NCBI GenBank assembly: GCA_964485375.1
Contig: CAZAJD010000001.1
Location: forward strand, 25,271-89,270
Direction: 5' to 3'
Length of the DNA: 64,000 bases
From: an uncultured Mycoplasmatales bacterium
Lineage (GTDB): Bacteria; Bacillota_I; Bacilli_A; Mycoplasmatales; Mycoplasmataceae
Shown: positions 23,911 through 33,425 of the stretch, piece after piece
How positions within the stretch are numbered: the stretch's first letter is position 1
Layout: every line of letters starts with the position of its first letter
Translations under genes and position numbers: made by a program
The notes under the pieces: model-generated
Seen by the model: only the letters and a program-made list of their open reading frames with translations
Databases searched by the model: none
What the model was told of the DNA's origin: nothing

Positions 23911-23924
23911 ATTCGGAACAAATA

Positions 23925-24767
23925 ATGAATATTTTTAAATTAATGTTAACTTGACTATATTTTATTTCAAGTTATTTTAAAGCAAAACGTTGATCAAAAA
24001 AAACTATAAGAGATAATAGCATAATATCAGAAGAAAAGCGTTATAAATGATGTAAAAAAACAGCAAAATATCTTCTTTGATTATATAATGTTAAAATTAA
24101 TATAGTTAATTATAATAATTGATTAGATGGCAGTATTATTTTATGTCCTAATCATCAGTCAAACATGGATGGTATTATTATGTTAGCGCTTAATGATTTT
24201 TCTAGAAATGCACCTTGTGCATTTCTAGCTAAAAGTGAACTAAAAAATAATAAAACTAGTTTTAGTTTTTTATCTTTGATTGATACAGTTTTTGTTGAGA
24301 GAAATAATTTACGTCAAGGTATGCAAGCTATTAGACAAATAAAAGATTTAATTAAAATTCCTCGTTCAGGTGTTATTTTTCCAGAAGGGACTAGAAATCC
24401 TCATAATGATACATTACTAGATTTTAAAGATGGTGCTTTTAAAATTGCTCAAAAAGCTTATTGCCCTATTGTTCCTGTTACAATTCATAATTCTTATAAA
24501 ATTTATAAAGGTAAATTCTTTTCTAAAAAAAGAATTACAATTATTTTTCATAAACCTCTATTACCTAGTAAATTTATCCATACTAATATTAGTATTTTGA
24601 GTAATAGAGTTAAGAATATTGTTGAAAAAGGATTAAAAGATATTAACGAATCTAAAGTTACTGGACTTTCAATGAAAAAGATAAAAAAGAAATTAAAACA
24701 AAAAGATGATAATCAATCATTAAAAAATTCAAATTTAAAATTATTGAAAAAAACAAATAAAAAATAA
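23925..24767 (+). CDS. plsC: 1-acyl-sn-glycerol-3-phosphate acyltransferase
   Basis: ATG 23925 is in frame with ORF 24165-24767 via five TGA. The acyltransferase HxxxxD block (PNHQSNMDG) and FPEGTR block are present, with a Lys-rich C-terminal tail. Confidence 0.85.
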
Positions 24768-24797
24768 ATAAATGTAATATTAGATTGGAATTTATTT

Positions 24798-25550
24798 ATG
24801 AAGGAAAAATTGATAGTAAATTTTCATAATTTCACTGGACCTTTAGATCTGCTTTTAAATTTAATCCAAAAAAAAAATTTAGATATTAAGACATTAGATA
24901 TTTTAGATTTAACTAATCAATATTTATTTTTTTTTGAAAACCAACAAAAGATAAATATTGATTTAAGTAGTGAATATCTTTATTTTGCTTCATATTTAGC
25001 TGAAATTAAATCTAGAATTTTAATTCCAAAAGAAATAATTGAAATAGATCAAAGTGTCGAATTAGAGTTAGAAAATACAAAGTTACGTAATCAAATTTTA
25101 GAATATAAAAAGTATAAAGAAGTTAGTCAAACTTTGGGCACTTATAAAAATAATGCTGATAGATTAATCTCTAAATTATATTCTGATATTGAATTAAAAA
25201 ATCAAAAAAAACCCAAAATAGATTTAACAAAAAAAATAAATATTAATTTATTATCATCGGTTTTCAGTAATATATTAAAAAATTTTAATAATAATTCATT
25301 ACAATCTATCGAAATGAATAATAAAATTTTAGTACCTCAACAATTTGAAAAAATAATAATAGATAATTTAATTAATAATAATTCTGAAATTTTATTTTTA
25401 GAATTAATCCAAAAAATAAATTTAAAATTAAATACTCAAATAATAATAGTAATTTTTTTATCTATTTTAAATTTAGCAAAAAATAATCAAATTATAGTAT
25501 CACAAATAAATAATGATATTTTAATTAAAAAAACAAGATTAGAAAGTTAA
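24798..25550 (+). CDS. scpA: Segregation and condensation protein A
   Basis: Intact ORF; the N-terminus FTGPLDLLLNLIQKKNLDIKTLDILDLTNQYL is the ScpA signature. Confidence 0.8.
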   Translation: MKEKLIVNFHNFTGPLDLLLNLIQKKNLDIKTLDILDLTNQYLFFFENQQKINIDLSSEYLYFASYLAEIKSRILIPKEIIEIDQSVELELENTKLRNQILEYKKYKEVSQTLGTYKNNADRLISKLYSDIELKNQKKPKIDLTKKININLLSSVFSNILKNFNNNSLQSIEMNNKILVPQQFEKIIIDNLINNNSEILFLELIQKINLKLNTQIIIVIFLSILNLAKNNQIIVSQINNDILIKKTRLES

Positions 25551-25551
25551 A

Positions 25552-26106
25552 ATGATGAATGAAATTGAACAATTAAAAATTCTAGAAGGTATTTTATTTT
25601 TAAATGGCGATGATGGTATTGAAATCACGCAAATAAATAAAATATTAAATATTTCAAAGAAAAATACTCTTGATTTAATTCAAAAACTTACTAATAAGTA
25701 CGATAGTAATAATCATGGATTAAAAATAATATGTTTTTCTGAAAGTAAATATCGTATTACTACATTAAAAGAACATTATGAATATTATCAAATATTCAGA
25801 ACGCAAGTAAATAAACCTCGATTATCCACAGCATCTTTAGAGGTTTTATCTATTATTGCATATAACAAATTGGCTACAAAAGTAATGGTAGAAAATATTC
25901 GTGGAATTTGTTCAGATTCTATTTTCAATAGATTAGTCAGACTAAATTTAATAAAACAAGTTGGAAGAAGTAAAGAATTAGGAAGATCCTTTTTTTATGA
26001 AGTTACAGATGATTTTATGAAAATTTTTAATATTAAATCATTAAAAGAACTTCCTAGTATTGACATTTTAAAAGTTGATAAGCAACAAGAATTGTTTGAT
26101 AATTAA
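25552..26106 (+). CDS. scpB: Segregation and condensation protein B
   Basis: Intact ORF immediately after scpA. Sequence: LEGILFLNGDDGIEI..LSTASLEVLSIIAYNK..ENIRG. Confidence 0.85.
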   Translation: MMNEIEQLKILEGILFLNGDDGIEITQINKILNISKKNTLDLIQKLTNKYDSNNHGLKIICFSESKYRITTLKEHYEYYQIFRTQVNKPRLSTASLEVLSIIAYNKLATKVMVENIRGICSDSIFNRLVRLNLIKQVGRSKELGRSFFYEVTDDFMKIFNIKSLKELPSIDILKVDKQQELFDN

Positions 26107-26819
26107 TGTTAGTAAGATTACAAAAGCAAATTGCAAATAATGGATATTGTTCTCGAAGACAAGCTGAAATTTTAATTGTGAATAGAAAAGTTAAAGTAAA
26201 TAATCTTATTATTGATAAATTAGGTTATAAAGTTAGTGAAAATGATATTATTACAATTAATGGTAAAATTATATCTAAGGTTAATAAAAAAATTTATATT
26301 TTATTTAATAAACCTAGATATGTTGTAACTACTTTAAAAGATCCTCAAAATCGCACGATTATTTTAGATTATTTTAAAGATATTCAAGAAAAAATTTATC
26401 CAATCGGAAGATTAGATTATGATACATCTGGAATCATTTTATTAACAAATGATGGCGATTTTGCACAAAAAGTATCACATCCTAGTAATAATATAAATAA
26501 AACATATTTAGTAATAATAAAGGGGAGGTTAAGTCAAGAAAATATTTATGATTTAGAAAATGGTATTCAAATTACTGAGGATTTCATTACTTCAAATGCT
26601 GAAGTTAATAATTTAAGATATAGAAATAATAAGACTTATATTCATTTAACTATTCATGAAGGGAAAAACCATCAAATTAAAAAAATGTTTTCTTGTTTAG
26701 GGTATCCAGTATTAAAATTAAAGCGAATTAAAATATCCAATATTTCAATTGGGAATTTAAAATCTGGAGAATATAGATTTTTAACTAGTAATGAAGTTTC
26801 TAATATTATGAAAAAATAA
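26106..26819 (+). CDS. rluB: RsuA/RluB-family pseudouridine synthase with S4 domain
   Basis: ATG overlaps the scpB TAA by 1 nt. Motifs: RLQKQIANNGYCSRRQAE, GRLDYDTSGIILLTNDG, EGKNHQIKKM. Confidence 0.85.
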   Translation: MLVRLQKQIANNGYCSRRQAEILIVNRKVKVNNLIIDKLGYKVSENDIITINGKIISKVNKKIYILFNKPRYVVTTLKDPQNRTIILDYFKDIQEKIYPIGRLDYDTSGIILLTNDGDFAQKVSHPSNNINKTYLVIIKGRLSQENIYDLENGIQITEDFITSNAEVNNLRYRNNKTYIHLTIHEGKNHQIKKMFSCLGYPVLKLKRIKISNISIGNLKSGEYRFLTSNEVSNIMKK

Positions 26820-26821
26820 TA

Positions 26822-27424
26822 TTAGAATTTTTTTGCTATTTTAGCTATTTTAGAATCATACTTATCAATTAATTCTTTTGGCATTAATTTAGCATTTTCT
26901 TTTATTTTTGTACCTGAAATTAAAAAAGGTTTATTTACTTTTGCTCCTGCAAATTTTCAAGTATTTTTTAAGTATTTACCAACATTTCCTCATTTGTATC
27001 ATCCCTCAGGTGCTCCTTGGGTAGTTAAAATTTGTACTTGTAAATTAGTTAATAAACCTATTGCTTCTCCTTTTTTGCTATATTTATATGAAAATGTTTT
27101 GTTAGGTACTAAAATATGATCCATATAATTTTTTGCTAGTGTAGTTACATTAAAATTTGTCATTGGTGTTGAAAATATTAATTTATCTATTTTTTTAAGT
27201 TGATTAATGTAATTATCACTATCTTCTTTATTAAAAAATGTATTCATAACTTTTTTGTTTAATGTTTTATTTGCCATATTTACATTAGTTAGATCTAGGT
27301 ATTGAATTTTATCTTTTGAGTTATATTTTTTATAATGTTTTATAAAGCGATTAGTTAATTCAGTTGAATACGATTTTTCATTATTTATCATAGTTGAATA
27401 AATTACTAATATATTTTTTTGCAT
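26822..27424 (-). CDS. azoR: FMN-dependent NADH-azoreductase (flavodoxin-like fold)
   Basis: Track ORF 26999-27424(-) continues through three TGA (..GAPEGWYKWGNVGKYLKNTWKFAG..) to TAA (complement of 26822-26824), 603 nt in total. The N-terminus ILVIYST...SYS and ..FSTPMTNFNV.. are typical AzoR/AcpD. Confidence 0.8.
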
Positions 27425-27464
27425 ATAATAATTTTTACCTTTCTCTTTAAAATATTTATTGTTA

Positions 27465-27493
27465 TAATAATATCATTATTAATAATATCATTA
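27465..27493. repeat. 14-nt direct repeat (taataatatcatta x2, period 15) in the azoR / riboswitch divergent intergenic region
   Basis: Copies at 27465-27478 and 27480-27493 are identical. A perfect 14-nt palindrome actttttaaaaagt follows at 27520-27533. Confidence 0.7.
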
Positions 27494-27535
27494 CTAATCA
27501 TATATGAGTATTTAAATGTACTTTTTAAAAAGTTT

Positions 27536-27672
27536 AAAAAGGAATTAAGTGAAAATCTTAAGCTATCCTAGTAACTGTAATGTGGATGAAAACTTCAATA
27601 ACCATTGAAATGAAAATTTTGAGAAGGGAAGTTAGTAATGTGATACAAGCCAGTAGACTTGCATTTAAATAT
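27536..27672 (+). promoter_or_regulatory. Cobalamin (B12) riboswitch aptamer, AT-rich variant
   Basis: GGAAUUAAGUGAAAAUCUUAAGCUAUCCUAGUAACUGUAA (27541-27580) parallels the conserved core GGGAA-nnnGGUGAAAAUCCnnnGC..CCCGCCACUGUAA, with a perfect UUAAG/CUUAA stem around the GUGAAAAUC loop. GAGAAGGGAAGUUAG (27621-27635) matches the GGGAAG element. AAGCCAGUAGACUUGCA (27647-27663) matches the B12 box rAGYCMGgAgaCCkGCc at 13 of 16 positions by eye. This stretch is locally much more G+C-rich than its surroundings. Confidence 0.7.
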
Positions 27673-27717
27673 ATTTTTTTGTTATTTCTAGGGAAAATAA
27701 TATATTTTTTGTTTTTT
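27667..27717 (+). terminator. Candidate expression-platform hairpin plus T tract downstream of the B12 box
   Basis: aaatatatt (27667-27675) pairs with aatatattt (27699-27707), and t27677-t27680 pair with a27694-a27697. The hairpin is followed by tttgtttttt. The stem is all A-U, so it is weak. Confidence 0.35.
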
Positions 27718-27800
27718 ATATAAACAATAATTTTCGAATTTCCTTTTTTAATAATAATTATATTTATAATGATTATAGTAATTTGGAAAAGGAAAAGAAT

Positions 27801-28244
27801 ATGAAATCATTAATTACTATTTTATTTACATTTATTTTAGGTAGTGGCACTACAAATATTAATTATATACCCAAAAATTTACCAACTAGTTTTTTAACAA
27901 TCGATATATTAAAACATAATTTGGAAATTGAACAAATAGATTATTATAATATTGATTGATCTCAATCTAAAAGACTAGGTAATTTTATATCTAATAATAA
28001 ATGTTCTAATCCAATTTTTGTAGATAAACAACCTTTTGTTTTTCAAACATCTAATCTAGGAAGATTTTTAAATGATATTAAAGATGAAAAAGGGAATAAT
28101 ATAGTTAAAAGTCATAAACAGTATTGAGAAATATTTTACTTAGATCCTTTTACATCAAGATTAACTCCTTCTTTATCAGGTATCGATTCAATTTTAATCG
28201 ATAATAACCATAATTCATTTGCATTTATTTTAGAAAATTTTTAG
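27801..28244 (+). CDS. Hypothetical small exported/signal-anchored protein (first gene behind the B12 riboswitch)
   Basis: ATG 27801 preceded by ggaaaaggaaaag; two in-frame TGA; TAG 28242-28244. The N-terminus MKSLITILFTFILGSGTT is hydrophobic and the rest is hydrophilic. It is absent from the track because TGA splits it. No family recognised. Confidence 0.5.
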
Positions 28245-28248
28245 TATT

Positions 28249-28722
28249 ATGATTGTTAAAAAAATTTTTTTAATCCCATTAACTTTTATTAGTTTTATTT
28301 TATTTTTATTTATACTCCCTTTACTTCAATCTTATTTTTCTAAAGATATATTAACTGCGCCAGAAGAAGTAACTATTCCTATTTGATGAGATAAAAAAAC
28401 TCTTGCTGATAAAGGGGAAGGACCTAATTATGAAAGACATTTTTATAATATTAAAAATGGATATTCTAATTTATTTTCTTTATTAGAAAAAGATAAAAAT
28501 TTTAAAATTAATTATGATAATTTCACACTTTTAAGTATTTTTGCACCTAAACATCCAGGATGTAAACCAGAATGGATAAAATCTAATTCTAATTTAGTTT
28601 GAAAGTGATATAATGCATCAAAACCTACTACTATTATAAGTGGTAATTTAAAAAAAATTCCAATTACACATGGAAGAAATCTTTTTTATTTAGAATTAAA
28701 ATGTAAAAATGGATCAATATAA
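28249..28722 (+). CDS. Hypothetical small signal-anchored protein (second gene of the riboswitch operon)
   Basis: ATG 28249 lies 4 nt after the previous stop; four TGA plus one TGG; TAA 28720-28722. N-terminal TM segment IFLIPLTFISFILFLFILPLL followed by a ~125-aa soluble domain with 2 Cys. No family recognised. Confidence 0.5.
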
Positions 28723-29266
28723 TTCGATTTTTAAATATATTTTTAAAATTACAATTATTTCAATGTTTGTATCACTTTGTATTGTCTTAAGATATATTTT
28801 AATTTTTTTACCTAATGTTGAATTAATTACATTTTTATTAATGATGTCTGTGATAGTTTTCCAATGGAAAACCTCGATTTTAATAATTAATTGCTTCTGT
28901 TTTTCTCAAGTAGTTTTATTTAGTTTTATTGATTTACCATACTTTTATATATTCAATTTATATTGATTAATTACCTTTATTTTCAGAAAAATGATTTTAA
29001 AATTTTGATATATTTTGCCAATATTATTATTTTTTTATGGACTTGCTTTCGGATTACTATATTCATTAGAAATGTGATTATTATATAGTTTGCCATTCGC
29101 TATATCATATTGAATTACTGGTTTAATTTTTGATATAACACATGCAATTTCTAGTATGATCTTTGGATTTCTGTTTTATATTCCTGTTATAAAAACAATG
29201 AAAATGTTATCTATAAATAAAACTTTTTTATTTGATGACTATTTTTTAGATAAATATTCATTTTAA
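28709..29266 (+). CDS. Six-TM membrane protein, ECF S-component-like (candidate corrinoid-specific S component)
   Basis: Track ORF 28709-28966 extends through four TGA to TAA 29264-29266 and overlaps the previous gene by 14 nt. About 185 aa with six hydrophobic segments, the size and topology typical of ECF S components. The functional idea comes from riboswitch context only. Confidence 0.45.
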
Positions 29267-29322
29267 TTGCATTAATTATAAATAGAATCTATAATTAATA
29301 TAAAATAATTGAGGTAATAAGA

Positions 29323-29991
29323 TTGCAGAGCGCTAATGAACAATATATTAACATTAATACTCATCATCATCATAATTCTTATAATCCAAACCAAAAAATA
29401 TTTAAAATAGTTCTAACTGGATTATTTTTGACTTTATCTACTATTTTATCTCTTATTGAAATAAAATTTTATTTACCTTGAGGTGTCGAGATGGACTTAC
29501 GCCTTTTTGATATGGTTTTTTTATTTTTATCTGTTACTGTACTTGGTGTTTATTATGCCTCTATTGCAGGGCTATTACAGCCATGATTTCATCTTGCTGT
29601 TGATGGAGATCATTCTGCAATTTCCATACTTTTTTATAGTATAAGCAATGTTTTGATTATTATAATTTTCTGATTTTTATATTTAAAAGTATTTTCATTT
29701 GCTAAATATTCTAAATTAAAAAATAGTTATAAAAAAGAATTATTATATTTTTTGTTTTTTGTTATTTTTATATTTTTAGCAGCTTCAATAGATTCTTTTT
29801 TTATAATTATCGTTTCTAAAATTACATTAGTTTCTAGTGATAATATTATTAATTTTAGTAAATTTAAGAATCTCTTTATTTTATATTTAATTTTTTTAGG
29901 AATATTTATTGTTAAGTATTTAGTTGCGCTGCTTATTTTTATATCTATTAATAGGAAAAGCACTTTTTTACAAGAACATTATAATAATTAA
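29323..29991 (+). CDS. Polytopic membrane protein, ECF S-component-like, with N-terminal His4 tract
   Basis: GAGGT at 29311-29315, then TTG 29323, in frame with track ORF 29752-29991 via three TGA. The nearby ATG 29336 is out of frame and terminates quickly. The N-terminus ..NINTHHHHNSYNPNQK precedes the first TM segment. Confidence 0.45.
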
Positions 29992-30023
29992 AAAAAATAA
30001 TTCAATTTAGAATTATTTTTTTT
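29992..30023. terminator. Bidirectional terminator between the riboswitch operon (+) and ppa (-)
   Basis: aaaaaataattc (29992-30003) / gaattatttttt (30010-30021), a perfect 12-bp inverted repeat with a 6-nt loop. An A tract lies on one side and a T tract on the other. Confidence 0.55.
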
Positions 30024-30028
30024 AATTA

Positions 30029-30601
30029 TTATATTAATTTTTTATTTTTTCAAATTTTCTTGACTTCTTTAACGCCGCTATTTATTAATATATCTTTATA
30101 TTCATTAAATCTTTCTCGACATTCTTGAATTTCTTTTTTAGCTTGTTTTATATCGCTTCAACCTTTAATTACAACTTTTTTATTTTGAAGAGTTTTATAT
30201 TGTAATAAAAAATTTTCAAATTCATTTTTTATATGAACTGGTACATCATTTAATGTTTGAATATGATTAAAACGTGGATCATTTGAAATCACACCAAATA
30301 TTTTGGTATCAATTTCACCATCATCAATCATGTTTATTGATCCTAATACTTTAGCTTTTACTCTACAACCTGGGAATGTAGGATATGTAGATAATATTAA
30401 AATATCTAAAGGATCGCCATCTCAATCTAATGTATTTGGGATACAACCATATTCTCCAGGATAAAAATTAGCACCATATAATACTCTATCTAGTGCAATA
30501 GAATTATCACGAAAATTTCATTCATATTTGTTACTGCTATACTTAGGTATTTCTACAATAAAGTCAATATTATATTCACTTTCAATTTTATTTTCTTTCA
30601 T
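30029..30601 (-). CDS. ppa: Inorganic pyrophosphatase (family I)
   Basis: Reverse-strand ATG (complement of 30599-30601) to TAA (complement of 30029-30031), 573 nt with five in-frame TGA. Translation ..[56 protein letters not shown].. is the canonical family I PPase core. It is not in the track. Confidence 0.9.
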
Positions 30602-30751
30602 AAATTATCTTTACTTTCTATTTAATATTTCAATTATTTTTATTTATAATATTTAAAAATTATACAATATTTTTTTAAAAAATATTGATTATGATAAAAT
30701 AATATCATAATAAATACTTTATATGTTATAAATAAACTAGATGGTGGTTTT

Positions 30752-31408
30752 ATGCAAGACTTTAATTTAGATAAAGGGAAACAAATATTAAATCCAAAAT
30801 TATTGAATAAAAACAATAATAGTTCTTTAAATACTAAAAATTATTATTTAAATCATATTTTAAAATTAGAACCAGAATTTAAAGCATTTGTTAAAAAATT
30901 TAATTCAAGTTTTAATTCAGAAAATTCCAATACTTTGATGTCGAAGACTATGAATGATTTTTTTGAAGAAAAATTGCAATATTTCCAAAAAGACTTTGAT
31001 TATATTCAAAATTTATTAATTGAATATGAGTTAAAACCATTTAATATAAAAAAGATTGATAAAGACATATTATCTAAATTAGAATATCGTAATACTGAAT
31101 TAAAAGAAATGAATAAGCAACTTTTGATTTATGAAAATAAGTATAAAGTTCAAGAAAAACAATATATTAAAAAAATTGAAAATAATATTGATTTCATCAT
31201 AAGAAAATTTGATTTAGAAAAAATGCAACCTTTTTCTCATGAGGAATTCCAAAAACAAAAAAAAGATCTTTCAAATGATTTTTCAAATATTATGGACAAT
31301 GCTCCTAATAAATTAATTTTAAATTCTAAAAAGTATAAGTTTATATTTATTACTTTACTTATATTTTTTGGGATAATAATTATTTTCTCATTAGTATTAT
31401 TTATTTAA
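30752..31408 (+). CDS. Hypothetical coiled-coil protein with C-terminal transmembrane anchor
   Basis: Intact 218-aa ORF with GGTGG upstream. Long heptad-like region and a terminal hydrophobic segment FIFITLLIFFGIIIIFSLVLFI. Confidence 0.5.
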   Translation: MQDFNLDKGKQILNPKLLNKNNNSSLNTKNYYLNHILKLEPEFKAFVKKFNSSFNSENSNTLMSKTMNDFFEEKLQYFQKDFDYIQNLLIEYELKPFNIKKIDKDILSKLEYRNTELKEMNKQLLIYENKYKVQEKQYIKKIENNIDFIIRKFDLEKMQPFSHEEFQKQKKDLSNDFSNIMDNAPNKLILNSKKYKFIFITLLIFFGIIIIFSLVLFI

Positions 31409-31426
31409 GTATGGAGTATAAGTTTG

Positions 31427-32110
31427 ATGATTAATAAAATAAATATCGCGATTGATGGTCCTGCAGCTAGCGGTAAAACATCATTAGCAAAAAAAATTGC
31501 AGAGCACTACAAATATTTATATATTGATACTGGTTTAATGTATCGTGCTTTTACTTTTTTTTGTTTGACAAATTTGAATACTAATAATATTAATAATGAT
31601 TTAAGTATAAAAAAAATTTCTCAATTATTAAATAAATTTAATATAGAAATTATTAATAATGATATATATATTAATAAAATTAATATTGAAATAAAAAAAT
31701 TATTTTCAATTTCAATTTCTTCTAATATTAATTTTTTAACTTCTAAGGAAGCAGTAAGAAATAAAATGGTAAATATTCAAAAAAAAATTGCTAAAACAAA
31801 CAACTGCGTAATGGTAGGCAGAGACATTGGCACAGTTGTGTTACCACATGCTAATTTTAAAATATATCTTACTGCTTCTTTAGAAGTGCGTGCAAATAGA
31901 AGATATAAACAATTAAAATCAAAAAAAGATTCTCAATTATCATTATTGAATGTACAAAATTCATTAAAGAAAAGGGATTATTCAGATACAAATCGCAAAA
32001 TAAGTCCTTTAAAACCCGCTAGAGATGCTATTATATTAGATAATACTTTTTTAACTTTTGCAGAAACATTAAAAGAAGCTATATTAATAATAAATACAAG
32101 GATAAAATAA
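31427..32110 (+). CDS. cmk: Cytidylate kinase
   Basis: ATG 31427 (TTG 31424 is an alternative). Motifs: [32 protein letters not shown]. Confidence 0.9.
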   Translation: MINKINIAIDGPAASGKTSLAKKIAEHYKYLYIDTGLMYRAFTFFCLTNLNTNNINNDLSIKKISQLLNKFNIEIINNDIYINKINIEIKKLFSISISSNINFLTSKEAVRNKMVNIQKKIAKTNNCVMVGRDIGTVVLPHANFKIYLTASLEVRANRRYKQLKSKKDSQLSLLNVQNSLKKRDYSDTNRKISPLKPARDAIILDNTFLTFAETLKEAILIINTRIK

Positions 32111-32111
32111 A

Positions 32112-33422
32112 ATGAATAATAATATTGTAGCAATTGTAGGAAGACCTAATGTTGGTAAATCTAGTTTATTTAATCGAATAATGAAAGAAAAAATTTCAAT
32201 AGTACATGATACTCCTGGAGTTACTAGAGATCGTATTTATGGGTGTAGCGAATGACTAATGCAAAAATTTTTTTTAATCGATACTGGTGGATTAACATAT
32301 AAAAAAATGAAACTTCAAGATGAGATTAAAATTCAAACTTCAATAGCTATTGAAGAAGCTGATGTAATTCTTTTTCTTATTTCTTATAAAGAATCTATTA
32401 CTAATGATGATATAAAAATTTCAAAATTATTAAAAAAAACCAAAAAGAGAGTTATTTTGGTAATAAATAAATATGATAAAATAGATAATCAATTTTTGGA
32501 ATATGAATATTTAAAATTAGGTTTAGGAAAACCTTTACTTATTTCATCATCACATGGTATTGGAATAGGCGATCTTTTAGATACAACTATAAAAAATCTT
32601 TCTAAAAATATAACTGTAAAAGATAATAAAAAAATTGATTTCAGTATAATTGGTAGACCTAATGTTGGTAAATCTAGTTTAGTTAATGCTATTTTAAAAG
32701 AAAAAAGAGTAATTGTATCTCCTATACCTGGGACAACCATAGATTGTATTGATACTAATTTTAAATATAAACAATTAGATTATTCTGTTATAGACACTGC
32801 TGGAATTAGAAAAAAAAGCAAAATTTTTGAAAGTATTGAAAAATATAGTTTAATAAGATCTATAAAAGTTATTGATCGAAGTGATATAGTTTTATTACTT
32901 TTAGATGGTTCTGAAGAAATCAGCGCATTAGATACTAATATCGGAGGGTTAGCTTATAATTTATCTATTCCTATAATATTAGTTGTTAATAAATTAGATT
33001 TAATAAAGAATGCTGATAAATTAAAAATTATAGATAATATAAGAAAAAAATTTAAATATTTAAATTACGCAAATATATATTTTGTTTCTGCATTAAATGA
33101 AACAAAAATTAATTTTTTATTAGATAAAATTTCGGAAATTTATCAATTATTACATACAAGAATAAAAACTAGTATTTTAAATGAAGTTTTTGTTAAAGCT
33201 CAATTATTAAATCCTTCATCTGTATTTAATGGCGGAAGATTAAAAATATATTACAGTACTCAGTTGAATTCAATACCACCTACATTTAATATATTTGTAA
33301 ATAATAAGGATTATATGCATTTTTCTTATTTGCGATATTTAGAAAATCAGATTAGACAAAATTTTGGATTTGAAGGGATCCCTATCCGACTAATCTTCAA
33401 AAATAAATCAAAGGATGATTAA
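32112..33422 (+). CDS. der: Ribosome-biogenesis GTPase Der (EngA), two GTPase domains
   Basis: ATG 32112 is in frame with ORF 32259-33422 via one TGA. Two P-loops are present ([12 protein letters not shown] and [12 protein letters not shown]), plus DTGG/DTAG and NKYD/NKLD motifs. Confidence 0.95.
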
Positions 33423-33425
33423 TAA

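Noticed and set aside
29336-29410. ATG 29336 as the start of the fourth riboswitch-operon gene
   Set aside because: That frame terminates at TAG after ~25 codons. TTG 29323, preceded by GAGGT at proper spacing, is in frame with the long membrane-protein ORF ending at 29991.
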